The notes below the pieces were generated by a model that searched no databases, was not told the DNA's origin, and was given only the letters and a program-made list of their open reading frames with translations. 64,000 bases of DNA from Thermostichales cyanobacterium HHBFW_bins_127 (GTDB lineage: Bacteria > Cyanobacteriota > Cyanobacteriia > Thermostichales > Thermostichaceae), in assembly GCA_039794745.1 (NCBI GenBank), contig JAUQVP010000001.1, positions 20,710-84,709 on the forward strand, written 5' to 3'. Of this stretch, positions 1 to 9,098 are shown one piece after another (position 1 is the first letter of the stretch; every line of letters starts with the position of its first letter). Made by a program: the position numbers and the translations under genes.

Positions 1-121
1 TCAATCAGGTAAGTACCCTGTTGCTGAGCATCCGTATCCTCGGCCCCGGTAATATGCCCTCCCCCAGGAGCTCCCAGGCGAAGATGTGCTGCAATAAGGG
101 CAGATATTCGGGCAAAGATGG

Positions 122-1294
122 GTGAAGGTTTTCGGACTCCCCCCCCAACAAGGACGCTGGCTGTTGATCCCGGTGGGGATCCTGGTTTTGCTGTGCTTAG
201 GGACAGTCTATTCCTGGAGCCTGTTCCGTAAACCCCTAGAAGCTGAGCTGGGGATCGGTGCTACAGCCAGTTTGCTCCCCTACACCATAGCTTTCATGCC
301 CATTGCCGGCCGTTGGATCCCCCGCTGGGGGCCGCGCCGCGTCACTGCTCTGGGGGGACTCGCCGTGGGCTTGGGGTACTGTTTGGCTAGCCTGGCGGAC
401 CAAATTGGCACCCTCATCCTCAGCTACGGGGTGATCGCCGGAACTGGGGTGGGGATCACCTACGGTGTACCCATGGCGGTGATGGCCCGCTGGTTCCCGG
501 AACGGCGGGGCTTGGCGGTTGGGCTGACCGTGATTGGCTTTGGGCTGTCGCCTCTCATCACAGCCCCTCTGGCAGCCTACGGCTTGCGCCACGTGGGCCC
601 CCGCCTAACCTTGGGGATCCTTGGGGTTGTGTTTACCCTGCTGATCCTGAGCTGTGCTTGGGTTCTGCGGTTTCCCCCCTCAGAATGGGGCAGTCAACCC
701 ACCCAACCCCTTGCCCGACAAGTCCCCTTGTGGCAGCAGCGCCGTTTCTACGGACTGTGGGGTGCCTATGCCCTCGGAACCCTGGTAGGACTGAGCGCCA
801 TTGGCATTTCTGCCCCCGTTGGGGAAGAGGTGATCGGTTTGGATCCCGGTTTGGCCGCCCGCTGTGTTTCTCTGTTTGCGGTGTTTAACGGTCTCAGCCG
901 CCCCCTGTTTGGCTGGCTCAGTGATCGCTGGCCCCCTGAACGGGTGGCGGGCTTGTCCTATGGACTGATGCTGGTGGCTTCCCTGCTGATGCTGACCGCT
1001 GGCCTAGGGGATTTGCTCCCCTATGGGGTGGCCTTTGCTCTATTTTGGTTCTGTTTGGGAGGCTGGCTGGCGATGGCTCCAGCCCTGACCCTGCGCCTGT
1101 TTGATCCCGCCCACTATGCCCAAAACTACGGCCTGGTCTTCACCGCCTATGGGGTCGGCGCTCTCCTGGGCACAGCGGTCACCGGCTGGCTGCGAGATGG
1201 GCTGGGATCCTATACCTATGGGTTCTACGGCTTTGCCATCCTCGCCCTCCTAGGGGCCACCTGGGCCCAATACTTCCTGGGATCCCGAGATTAG
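122..1294 (+). CDS. MFS transporter (major facilitator superfamily permease, ~12 TM)
   Basis: 390-aa ORF with about 12 hydrophobic segments arranged 6+6 around a central loop (RFPPSEWGSQPTQPLARQ). Gly-rich TM helices and GxxxD/RxGRR-like loop motifs (GRWIPRWGPRRV) are typical of MFS. Substrate not inferable. Confidence 0.65.
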   Translation: MKVFGLPPQQGRWLLIPVGILVLLCLGTVYSWSLFRKPLEAELGIGATASLLPYTIAFMPIAGRWIPRWGPRRVTALGGLAVGLGYCLASLADQIGTLILSYGVIAGTGVGITYGVPMAVMARWFPERRGLAVGLTVIGFGLSPLITAPLAAYGLRHVGPRLTLGILGVVFTLLILSCAWVLRFPPSEWGSQPTQPLARQVPLWQQRRFYGLWGAYALGTLVGLSAIGISAPVGEEVIGLDPGLAARCVSLFAVFNGLSRPLFGWLSDRWPPERVAGLSYGLMLVASLLMLTAGLGDLLPYGVAFALFWFCLGGWLAMAPALTLRLFDPAHYAQNYGLVFTAYGVGALLGTAVTGWLRDGLGSYTYGFYGFAILALLGATWAQYFLGSRD

Positions 1295-1833
1295 CCTTGT
1301 CCTTTGACCCAGCGCAGGGTGATCTGGGCAATGCGGTGGCCAAACTGCTCTGCTGTGGCGAGGTCGGTGGGGTGGGGGGAATCAGCCCCCTGATCCGTTT
1401 GGGTCATCAGTCCTAGCCAACTGCTGAGGCGATTTTGGTCAGGGCCGGTCATCAATCCCTGACTGATCCAAATCATGGAGTGCTGGGCGGCAAAAATGGC
1501 CAGGGTTTGCAGGGTGTTGAGCTTGTCCCCATTCAGGCCCACAGAGTTGGTAAATCCGGCCGCCAACTTGTCTTTCCACCCCTGCACATACCACGTTTGC
1601 GAGGTGGCATCCATAAAGGCTTTCATGGGTGCTGCCACACTGCCCATGTAGGTGGGGGTACCGAAGACAATCGTGTCGGCGCTATCCAACTGCCCCAAAT
1701 CTTCCATGGCCGCCGCCACCGTGATCAACCGAGCCGTAACCCCAGGCACAGCCACCAGCCCCTGATAGACTCGCTCCGCCACCTGGGCTGTGCGACCGCT
1801 GCCACTGTAGTAAACAATGCTGACCTCTGCCAT
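1291..1833 (-). CDS. flavodoxin-like fold NAD(P)H:quinone oxidoreductase (WrbA family) / flavodoxin family protein
   Basis: 180 aa. N-terminal VYYSGSGRT (FMN phosphate-binding loop of flavodoxin-like proteins). Mid-region FGTPTYMGSVAAPMKAFMD...QTLAIFAAQHSMIWI resembles the WrbA FGTPTRFGNM...TLAHHGM pattern, recalled from memory. Confidence 0.6.
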   Translation of the reverse strand: MAEVSIVYYSGSGRTAQVAERVYQGLVAVPGVTARLITVAAAMEDLGQLDSADTIVFGTPTYMGSVAAPMKAFMDATSQTWYVQGWKDKLAAGFTNSVGLNGDKLNTLQTLAIFAAQHSMIWISQGLMTGPDQNRLSSWLGLMTQTDQGADSPHPTDLATAEQFGHRIAQITLRWVKGQG

Positions 1834-1904
1834 CTGCTAGTTCCAATCCACCACCACCCATCTTAGCAAATAGTTAGGACTAGAACAATCTCATTCCAGA
1901 CGGC

Positions 1905-1944
1905 CCCATAGCTGCCCATAGCTGCCCATAGCTGCCCATAGCTG
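1905..1944. repeat. perfect tandem repeat, 10-bp unit CCCATAGCTG x4
   Basis: Read directly: cccatagctg repeated four times head-to-tail, between the start of the WrbA-like gene (1833, minus) and the stop of the upstream gene (1957). Confidence 0.95.
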
Positions 1945-1956
1945 ATGGTGGGGGGG

Positions 1957-2523
1957 TTAGTTGCTGGCGACGCTGACGGGTTCGTTGACGCGGCGGGCAA
2001 CGGTGATGCCCCCTTCCTCAAGCAGCACTTCCTGGCGCTCGAGGGAGATGGCGAGGACACGGGCAGTGCGGTAGCGGTCACCCCGGCGAACAACTCCAGG
2101 TACCGCCTGATCCGCTGTCACCAAAGCCACTATATCCCCGTCCACATTCATCACCCCAGAAACCATAACGCTGCGGGCAAACCGGGCCGGATCTGGGGTG
2201 GGAGTGGCCGGCTCAATCAGGGGTAGCTCTTGCCCATCAAGGGTGGTGACCGTTAAGGCCGGAGGGGGTGGGGGCAGGGGGGTGGGGGTGGCAACGCTTA
2301 AATCCAAAGGCTGAAAGGGATCACTGCGCCCAGCTTGGGCCTCGGCACGGGCCCGCTCCCGGGCAGGGTCAAGGGGATCAATCAATTGAATGTTGACAGC
2401 CGTATCCGAAAATAAATCGCTGGGCTGGGCAGAGGTAGCAGCGCTGGTCAAAGTGGCTAACCCCAGCAGGATCAGTCCAAGCCGCAAACTGCTAGAGATG
2501 CGTAGCACAGGAGGCAGGGTCAT
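1957..2523 (-). CDS. secreted proline-rich hypothetical protein
   Basis: 188 aa. N-terminus has a basic residue plus hydrophobic core and an AATSA motif, as in a Sec signal peptide. Pro-rich linker (ATPTPLPPPPPALT, PATPTPDP). No recognisable domain. Confidence 0.45.
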   Translation of the reverse strand: MTLPPVLRISSSLRLGLILLGLATLTSAATSAQPSDLFSDTAVNIQLIDPLDPARERARAEAQAGRSDPFQPLDLSVATPTPLPPPPPALTVTTLDGQELPLIEPATPTPDPARFARSVMVSGVMNVDGDIVALVTADQAVPGVVRRGDRYRTARVLAISLERQEVLLEEGGITVARRVNEPVSVASN

Positions 2524-2649
2524 AAGCGGGTTACCGGGAGCAGCATCTTGCCCCTATGCTAGCCAAAACTCTGCCGTTCGGGCAGACGGCTGTGTTAGCA
2601 ATCGGTGATGTTCCTTTCCTGGGCAGAAACCTGCTGACCCCTTTCTGAA

Positions 2650-2922
2650 ATGGCTGTTTTCCCTTGCCGAAAACCTGAACAAAACCTCGATAATAGAAGT
2701 GTCTTGTTGGAAATGACTATGCCTGTTAGGAGTGCTCGTATCGATCGCAGTCGCAGCAATGGGGATCCCGATCAGTTTAGTGAAATTGCCAAGGAGTTGC
2801 TGGGGCAACGCACGTTGCAAGGGGATGGCAAGAAGGTGACGGATACGGCGATGACCAATACCGGTGGGAATCCCAAGGCCTTTTTGCAGATGGCAGCGGC
2901 GCTGCGCCGGCAGCGGGGATAA
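2650..2922 (+). CDS. small charged hypothetical protein
   Basis: 90-aa ORF in intergenic space between two minus-strand and plus-strand genes. The probable real start is the internal Met (MTMPVRS.., about 2716). Hydrophilic with no TM; composition loosely CsbD/stress-protein-like but not assignable. Confidence 0.3.
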   Translation: MAVFPCRKPEQNLDNRSVLLEMTMPVRSARIDRSRSNGDPDQFSEIAKELLGQRTLQGDGKKVTDTAMTNTGGNPKAFLQMAAALRRQRG

Positions 2923-2953
2923 CCTGAATGTAGGTTGATGAGGACGGCAGCAG

Positions 2954-4072
2954 GTGGGCTTGGTACAGTGGCTGGGTTTGCTGGCCTTGGTGGTGTTTTT
3001 TTATGCCCTCTGGCAGGTGCGCCAGATGCTGATGCTGCTGTTTACGGCGGTGGTACTGGCGGTGGCTATTGATACGTTGGCGGCGGTACCGCAGCGGCTG
3101 GGGCTAAGCCGGGGACTATCGATCCTGGTGACGGGGCTAGTGGTGCTTTTGTTGGGGTTTTTGGGTGGGCTGCTGATTGTACCGCCGTTGGTTGAGCAGT
3201 TTGCCCAGTTGTTGTCCCTGTTGCCTAAGGGGGCTTCGGAAGCTCAGGATCTGCTGACCCAGTTTTATGCCCGCTTGCCGGTGGATGTGCAGCCGCCGAG
3301 TCTGCAGGAAATCTTCACCACCCTGGCGGCGCAGCTGAATATGGTCCTGGGACGATCCCTGGCAATTTTTTCCTCCCTGCTGAGTACGGTGGTGGGGGTG
3401 TTGATTGTGCTGGTGCTGACGGCGCTGCTGCTGGCAGACCCCGTGGCCTATGCCCATGTGTTTATGCTGATGTTTCCGGCGTTTTACCGCCCGCGGGTGC
3501 ACGAGATCCTCTGGCGCTGTCGCACAGCCCTACAACGCTGGTTGATCGGGATTATGATCACCAGTTCGCTGGTGATGCTGCTCAGTGCCGTGGGGCTGTG
3601 GCTGTTGGGGGTGCCGCTGGTACTGGCCAATGCGGCGCTTGCGGGCTTGCTCAATTTGATCCCCAATGTGGGCCCTACCCTGAGTGTGGTGGCACCGATG
3701 ATGGTGGCCCTGACGGTGTCTCCCTGGAAGCCGTTGGCGGTGCTGATCCTCTATATCCTGATCCAACAGGCGGAAACCTATATCCTGGCACCCTTTGTCA
3801 TGTCGCGGCAGGTGCGGCTACTGCCCGGGATCATCCTGCTGTCCCAGATTTTTTTCACCACGTTTTTTGGGGTACTGGGGCTATTCCTGGCTGTGCCTCT
3901 GGCAGCAGTTTTGCAAGTCTGGATCCAAGAGGTGGTGGTGCGCGATGTCCTCGACCGCTGGCAGGTGGGATCCCCGGTGCCGTCTCTGCCTTTGCTCAAG
4001 CCGTTTCGCCCCGATGAAGGGCTAGAACCGGCAGTCCCAACACCCGAGGGGGACGGGCATGGCCCTGATTAA
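2954..4072 (+). CDS. AI-2E family transporter (UPF0118 / PerM-like permease)
   Basis: 372 aa, about 8 TM segments, with the architecture and length typical of the AI-2E/YhhT family. Hydrophobic N-terminus (LVVFFYALWQVRQMLMLLFTAVVLAVAID) and an acidic C-terminal tail. Overlaps the next gene by 14 nt, suggesting an operon. Confidence 0.65.
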   Translation: MGLVQWLGLLALVVFFYALWQVRQMLMLLFTAVVLAVAIDTLAAVPQRLGLSRGLSILVTGLVVLLLGFLGGLLIVPPLVEQFAQLLSLLPKGASEAQDLLTQFYARLPVDVQPPSLQEIFTTLAAQLNMVLGRSLAIFSSLLSTVVGVLIVLVLTALLLADPVAYAHVFMLMFPAFYRPRVHEILWRCRTALQRWLIGIMITSSLVMLLSAVGLWLLGVPLVLANAALAGLLNLIPNVGPTLSVVAPMMVALTVSPWKPLAVLILYILIQQAETYILAPFVMSRQVRLLPGIILLSQIFFTTFFGVLGLFLAVPLAAVLQVWIQEVVVRDVLDRWQVGSPVPSLPLLKPFRPDEGLEPAVPTPEGDGHGPD

Positions 4073-4913
4073 CTGGCAACCCCTGCTGGAGTTGCTGGGC
4101 TATCCGTTTATGCAACGGGCGTTGCTGGGGGGGATGCTCATCGGTGCTCTGGCAGGAGGGGTGGGGAGTCTGGCGGTGGTGCGGCAGTTCTCCTTTTTCA
4201 GTCATACGGTCAGCCATGCCGCCCTGCTGGGGATTGTCCTCAGTGCTGCCCTGGGCTGGGATCCCACCCTGACGCTGCTGCCGTTCACGGTGCTGTTCGG
4301 ACTGGGGGTGCTGCTGCTGGTCCGCATGACCGGACTGTGGCGAGATACGGTCCTCAATGTCACCTTTTCGGGATCCCTGGCGCTAGCGGTAATTGGCTTG
4401 AGTCAGTTACCGGGTTATCGGGGTGGGTTGAGTGGGGTTTTGTTTGGGGATATTTTGGCGATTCAGGAGCGGGATATAGGTCTGAGTTGGCTGGTGTTGA
4501 TGGGGGTGGGGGTGCTGCTGCTGCTTTCCCTGCGGCCCCAGAGTTTGATGGTTCTGCATCCAGAGATGGCTAGGGCCCGGGGGATCCCGATTGGGGTGTA
4601 TGAGGTGGGTTTTGTGGTGGTGTTGTCTGTGTTGGTGGCTTTGGCGACGCGGGTGGTGGGGGTGTTGTTGGTGAATGCTTTTTTGGTGATCCCGGCGGCG
4701 ATTGCCCGTTTGCTGAGTTGCCGGTTTGGGCAGTTTATGGCTTTGGCCAGTTTGGTGGGGGCGGGGTCGGCGGTAGTGGGGGTGCTGGTGGCGGGGCTGA
4801 CCAATTGGCCGGCCGGACCAAGTGTGGTGGTGGTGCAGATGGGGGTGTTTTTGCTGGTGGCAGTTTGGCGGCATTTTCTCGAGAAGCGAATGCTGCCAAA
4901 TCAATCTCGATGA
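4059..4913 (+). CDS. metal ABC transporter permease, ABC-3 family (ZnuB/MntB-like)
   Basis: 284 aa. N-terminal FMQRALLGGMLIGALAGGVGSLAVVRQFSFFSHTVSHAALLG is the hallmark start of ABC-3 (Zn/Mn) permeases. 8-9 TM segments. No cognate ATPase or periplasmic binding protein gene is adjacent. Confidence 0.75.
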   Translation: MALINWQPLLELLGYPFMQRALLGGMLIGALAGGVGSLAVVRQFSFFSHTVSHAALLGIVLSAALGWDPTLTLLPFTVLFGLGVLLLVRMTGLWRDTVLNVTFSGSLALAVIGLSQLPGYRGGLSGVLFGDILAIQERDIGLSWLVLMGVGVLLLLSLRPQSLMVLHPEMARARGIPIGVYEVGFVVVLSVLVALATRVVGVLLVNAFLVIPAAIARLLSCRFGQFMALASLVGAGSAVVGVLVAGLTNWPAGPSVVVVQMGVFLLVAVWRHFLEKRMLPNQSR

Positions 4914-4920
4914 TCCCAGG

Positions 4921-4928
4921 GGGATCCC
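4921..4928. repeat. representative copy of the hyper-abundant palindromic octamer GGGATCCC (HIP1-like, GATC core)
   Basis: The palindrome occurs on the order of 80-100 times in the window by eye (7 copies in the first 5 kb alone: 1278, 2761, 3969, 4258, 4368, 4574, 4921). Expected by chance: about 2-4. It falls inside genes and spacers alike. Confidence 0.85.
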
Positions 4929-5213
4929 TTAAGATTGTGGGTGAGGGGAAGCATCTCTAGTTCCATCACCTAATCCCTTCTCCCAGAAGGGGAGAGGGGC
5001 CGGGGGGCTGTTTCAAGGCATGGATAGGCTGTTTCTTCAGCAGGGGCTCATCCCGGTTCTGGCAAAAACCCTGCTTCTTTCACAAGTCCGCCCCTCCCCA
5101 CTGGGATTATTGGAGTCTTTTCCGGTGTCAAAGCGACGGGCTGTCGTTTGCCGATCAGCGGAGCGGATGCCACAATAAAGGCTTTGACAAGGGGTGAGCC
5201 TGTGAATCCAGAT

Positions 5214-5480
5214 ATGCCCAAACAGCCCTCCCGCCGGCGGATTGTGTCTGTAGGGGTTGGAGCCCATGGTTTGGTGGCTATCGGCATCTCAGCCCATGGG
5301 GTGGTTGCCATCGGCGTTGTCACCCATGGCATTGTTTCCATCGGCATCGTGGCAATGGGGGCTATTTCTGCCGGACTGGTGTCCATGGGGATCCTCTCTG
5401 GCGGACTGGTCAGCATGGGCCTGGCCGCTTGGGGAGAACATAGCATGAGCCTAAGCCAACCTCACCACGACCACCCCTAG
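5214..5480 (+). CDS. small hydrophobic Gly/His-rich protein made of ~6 tandem 10-residue repeats (IGxxxHGxVx), His-rich C-terminus
   Basis: DNA carries six 30-bp tandem repeats, each containing CCATGG (5257-5440), encoding VGAHGLVAIG ISAHGVVAIG VVTHGIVSIG IVAMGAISAG LVSMGILSGG LVSMGLAAWG. It ends QPHHDHP. It sits on the same strand immediately downstream of the metal ABC permease. The opposite strand also has an open frame (repeat artefact), so strand and start are uncertain; start 5148 or 5214. Confidence 0.35.
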   Translation: MPKQPSRRRIVSVGVGAHGLVAIGISAHGVVAIGVVTHGIVSIGIVAMGAISAGLVSMGILSGGLVSMGLAAWGEHSMSLSQPHHDHP

Positions 5481-5498
5481 GCTGGCATACTAGGTACC

Positions 5499-6923
5499 AT
5501 GACCCTGCACCTGTTCAATACCCTCAGCCGCCACAAAGAACCCTTTCTCCCCCGGGATCCCGAGCGGGTGACGATTTATGTTTGTGGGGTCACGGTTTAC
5601 GATTTTTGTCATTTGGGCCATGCCCGCACCTATGTGGTTTGGGATGTGCTGCGCCGCTATTTGCTGGCCTGTGGCTATGGGGTGCGCTATGTGCAGAACT
5701 TTACTGATGTGGACGATAAAATCCTCCGCCGCGCCCTAGAGAATCACGAGACCATGGAGGCGGTGGCGGAGCGCTTTATTCAAGCCTATTTTGAGGATAT
5801 GGATCGCTTAAATATCCTCCGCGCTGATGCCTATCCCCGAGTGACTCAGTCCCTGCCGGCCATTCACCGTCTGATTGAAAGTTTAAGCCTAAAACAATTT
5901 GCCTACGCCGTGCAAAGCCGCATCAATCCCCAAAGCCAGGATGTCTATTATGCAGTGCGACAATTCCCCGACTACGGCAAACTTTCCGGACGAAAATTGA
6001 GCGACCTACAAGCGGGAGCTAGCGGCAGAGTCGGCGAGGAAGAAGCCAATAAACGGGATCCCTTTGATTTTGCCCTTTGGAAGTCGGCCGTGGCTACGGA
6101 GCCGGGATTTGATTCTCCCTGGGGCTATGGTCGTCCGGGCTGGCACATTGAATGTTCGGCGATGGTGCGGGAATATTTGGGGGATAGCATTGATATTCAT
6201 GCGGGGGGAGCAGATTTGATTTTTCCCCACCATGAAAACGAAATTGCCCAATCGGAAGCCGCGACCGGCAAGCCTTTAGCTCGCTATTGGTTGCACAACG
6301 GCTTTCTGAATATCCATGGGGAAAAAATGTCCAAATCCCTGGGCAATTTCACCACCCTCAGGGCCGCTCTGGAAACCTGTGATCCTATGGCTTTGCGGCT
6401 CTTTTTTCTCCAGACCCACTACCGTAGCCCCATTGATTTTACGCCTGCTGCCATTGCAGCGGCTGCCAATGGCTGGGCCACCCTGGTCAAAGCTGCCCAT
6501 AGCTTTCCTCTAGCTGAGACCGCTGCCCCCGATCCCCAGATCTTGGCGGCCTTCCAGGAGGCAATGGACGATGACCTGAATACCTCCGCTGCCCTTGCCA
6601 TCCTCTTTGACCTGGCCAAGGAGCTGATCCGGGAAAAAAATCTCCTCACCCACCAGCAAAGCCCCACCACCACCCCCAGCCAAACCCACCTGAAAACCCT
6701 CCACCACCTCCTTGGCATCCTGGGATTGCTCATCCCCCCGGCCCCGGCCACAACATCCCCATCCCTAAGCGAGACCGAGATTGAAGCCCGCATTGAACAG
6801 CGCCGCCAGGCCAAACAGGCCCGCAACTTTGCCCTAGCCGACCAGATTCGCGAAGAATTGAAAGCAGCCGGCGTCAGCTTGGTGGATCAAAAAGACGGCA
6901 GCACTCGCTGGTTTCGCAGCTAG
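5499..6923 (+). CDS. cysS: cysteine--tRNA ligase
   Basis: 474 aa. Class I HIGH motif HLGHARTY and KMSKS motif KMSKSLGN. CysRS-specific start YVCGVTVYDFCHLGHAR and zinc-ligand region WHIECSAM. Confidence 0.9.
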   Translation: MTLHLFNTLSRHKEPFLPRDPERVTIYVCGVTVYDFCHLGHARTYVVWDVLRRYLLACGYGVRYVQNFTDVDDKILRRALENHETMEAVAERFIQAYFEDMDRLNILRADAYPRVTQSLPAIHRLIESLSLKQFAYAVQSRINPQSQDVYYAVRQFPDYGKLSGRKLSDLQAGASGRVGEEEANKRDPFDFALWKSAVATEPGFDSPWGYGRPGWHIECSAMVREYLGDSIDIHAGGADLIFPHHENEIAQSEAATGKPLARYWLHNGFLNIHGEKMSKSLGNFTTLRAALETCDPMALRLFFLQTHYRSPIDFTPAAIAAAANGWATLVKAAHSFPLAETAAPDPQILAAFQEAMDDDLNTSAALAILFDLAKELIREKNLLTHQQSPTTTPSQTHLKTLHHLLGILGLLIPPAPATTSPSLSETEIEARIEQRRQAKQARNFALADQIREELKAAGVSLVDQKDGSTRWFRS

Positions 6924-6975
6924 GGATCGGATCACGGTAAGATTTTCTTGCGTGACGTCTTGAGAGGGGGATCCT

Positions 6976-7200
6976 GTGCAAATCGGCTTGACGGAAAAGG
7001 AACTTTCGGAATTCACCCAAAAAGCAGCTCAGTTGATCCTCAGTGGCCGGGATTCCGACAGTGCGGCACTGACGGAGTACAAAGCTTCGGCGCAATTTCG
7101 GGCAGGGGTGCAGTTGGCTTGTGCGGCGATGGTGCTGGTGATTGCCGAAAATAATGCTCGCATTGCCCAGCAATTGGAAGCAGCGGGCATCAAGCTCTAG
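6976..7200 (+). CDS. small hypothetical protein (GTG start)
   Basis: 74-aa ORF in a short spacer between cysS and the ABC exporter. Amphipathic-helical composition and no recognisable domain. Weak call. Confidence 0.3.
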   Translation: MQIGLTEKELSEFTQKAAQLILSGRDSDSAALTEYKASAQFRAGVQLACAAMVLVIAENNARIAQQLEAAGIKL

Positions 7201-7256
7201 TTGCGGCGGGATTGCTCAGTCCCTAGCACACCACAATCGGCTTAGGATCAAAATCA

Positions 7257-9098
7257 GTGCCTAGGGAAACGAGCATGGGTTCATCAAGGGCTGGTGCCGA
7301 GCAGCAGGGGGAAAGTCGTTATCGAGGCAATGACTGGCGGCTATTGCTGCGTCTTTGGCCCTATGCCCGCAGCCATTGGCTCTGGCTGCTGCTGTCGGTG
7401 GTGCTGCTGTTGCCCCTGGCTCTGCTTGAAGCCCTCCAGCCTTTGGTTTTGAAAGCTGCCCTAGACGGCCCCATTGCCAAGGCCCAGGCTGCCGGGCAGT
7501 TGGCTCCCTACTGGCCAGAACTGCAAGGGATCGCCTTGATCCTATTGGGACTGTTAGTGGGACGCACCCTCTTGCAATTCCTAGAAGGATACAGTAGCCA
7601 AAAATTAGGGCAAAGGATGACCGGCGATATTCGCGAGGATTTGTTTGCCCATATTTTGGCATTACCGGCTCGTTTTTTCGACCAAACTCCCGTCGGTAAG
7701 CTGATCACCCGCATTACCTCCGATGTAGAAGCCCTAGGGGACGTCTTCTCCACCGGCACTATTGGGATTGTCAGTGACCTGTTTACCTTGTTTGTCACCG
7801 GGATCATTATGGTTTGGCAGCGCTGGGATCTGGGCCTGCTGCTGATTGCTTTGGTGATCCCCATGGCAGTTCTGGTCAACTGGCTACAGCAAAAGTTCCG
7901 CGATGCCAACTATCGCGTCCGAGAGGAATTATCCAAACTCAACTCTTTGCTGCAAGAAAATATCATCGGCATCAGCGTTGTGCAAATGTTTCGCCGCGAA
8001 GCCCACAATGCCCAAGAGTTTCGCCACACCAACCAACGCTATATCCAAGAAGTGGATACCACCATTTTTTATGATGCCGCCCTCTCGGCAATTCTAGAGT
8101 GGGTTTCTTGGCTGGCGGTTGCTCTCCTGTTGTGGGTAGGAGGCAGACAAATCCTCGATCCCCAAGGCAGCCTCACCTTCGGTGGCCTCTATGCCTTTAT
8201 CTTATTCTCCCAACGCTTCTTCAACCCCCTGCGCCAATTGGCAGAAAAATTTACCTCCCTACAAAGTGGCTTCACCGCCGTCGAGCGCATTAGCAATATC
8301 CTAGATCTGCCAATCGTAATTCGGGATCCCGAACAACCCAAGATCCTGCCACCTCAGGGGGGAACAGTTACATTTGAGCAGGTATGGTTTGGTTATAAGC
8401 CCGATGAACCGGTGCTAAAAAATCTCTCCTTCACGATTCAAGCGGGGGAAAAAGTTGCCATTGTTGGCCCCACTGGGGCGGGCAAAAGCTCAATCATTCG
8501 CTTGCTCTGCCGCCTCTACGATGTCAGCAGCGGTCGCATCCTCATTGATGGAGTAGATATTCGCGATCTCAGCCAAAAAGATCTGCGCCAACGGGTGGGT
8601 GTCATCCTCCAAGATGGCTTCCTTTTTTCCGGATCCGTCCTGGATAATATCACCCTCGATAAACCGGGATCCCGGGAAGAAGTGCGGCGGGTAACCCAAA
8701 GCCTGAATCTGGACAGTTTTATTATGGATTTGCCCCAGGATTATGCCACCTCTGTGCGGGAGCGGGGCAGTAATCTTTCTAGCGGACAAAAGCAACTGAT
8801 CAGTTTTGCCCGGGTCATGTGGCGGGATCCACAAATCTTGGTCTTGGATGAGGCTACGGCTAGCTTGGATGTAGGAACGGAGGCGCAAATTCAAGTGGCA
8901 TTACAGACCCTACTGGTGAACCGCACCGCCATTATTATTGCTCACCGTCTTTCTACGATTCGGGATGTGGACCGGATTTTAGTGTTGCAGCGGGGGGAAC
9001 TAAAAGAACAGGGATCCCATGAGGAACTGATGGCTGTGAATGGGCTTTATGCCAATCTTTATCGGCTACAGGCTTTACAGGCGACAGGAAAAGTTTAG
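7257..9098 (+). CDS. ABC transporter, fused permease/ATP-binding protein (ABC-B/MsbA-like exporter)
   Basis: 613 aa. Six-TM N-terminal domain, then Walker A GPTGAGKSS, ABC signature LSSGQKQLISFARV, Walker B ILVLDEATASLD and H-loop IIIAHRLST. Confidence 0.85.
   Translation: MPRETSMGSSRAGAEQQGESRYRGNDWRLLLRLWPYARSHWLWLLLSVVLLLPLALLEALQPLVLKAALDGPIAKAQAAGQLAPYWPELQGIALILLGLLVGRTLLQFLEGYSSQKLGQRMTGDIREDLFAHILALPARFFDQTPVGKLITRITSDVEALGDVFSTGTIGIVSDLFTLFVTGIIMVWQRWDLGLLLIALVIPMAVLVNWLQQKFRDANYRVREELSKLNSLLQENIIGISVVQMFRREAHNAQEFRHTNQRYIQEVDTTIFYDAALSAILEWVSWLAVALLLWVGGRQILDPQGSLTFGGLYAFILFSQRFFNPLRQLAEKFTSLQSGFTAVERISNILDLPIVIRDPEQPKILPPQGGTVTFEQVWFGYKPDEPVLKNLSFTIQAGEKVAIVGPTGAGKSSIIRLLCRLYDVSSGRILIDGVDIRDLSQKDLRQRVGVILQDGFLFSGSVLDNITLDKPGSREEVRRVTQSLNLDSFIMDLPQDYATSVRERGSNLSSGQKQLISFARVMWRDPQILVLDEATASLDVGTEAQIQVALQTLLVNRTAIIIAHRLSTIRDVDRILVLQRGELKEQGSHEELMAVNGLYANLYRLQALQATGKV

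Noticed and set aside
236-592. 118-aa minus-strand ORF inside the MFS transporter gene, and similar His/Gln/Arg/Pro-rich antisense ORFs at 3137-3502, 3530-3766 and 4407-4904
   Set aside because: They lie antisense to well-supported genes in 60-65% GC DNA, where stop codons are rare in all frames. Their low-complexity Arg/Pro/His/Gln compositions are typical of out-of-frame GC-rich translation.
5257-5440. Six evenly spaced 30-bp repeats that could superficially resemble a CRISPR array
   Set aside because: There are no unique spacers between repeats. The repeats are contiguous, degenerate and in-frame coding, and no cas genes are present.
5048-5446. 132-aa minus-strand ORF across the 30-bp tandem repeat (Pro/Thr/Met-rich)
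   Set aside because: Tandem repeats keep both strands open. The plus-strand product has a coherent hydrophobic Gly-zipper pattern and His-rich end, and it follows the metal permease on the same strand. Some uncertainty is retained in the feature.
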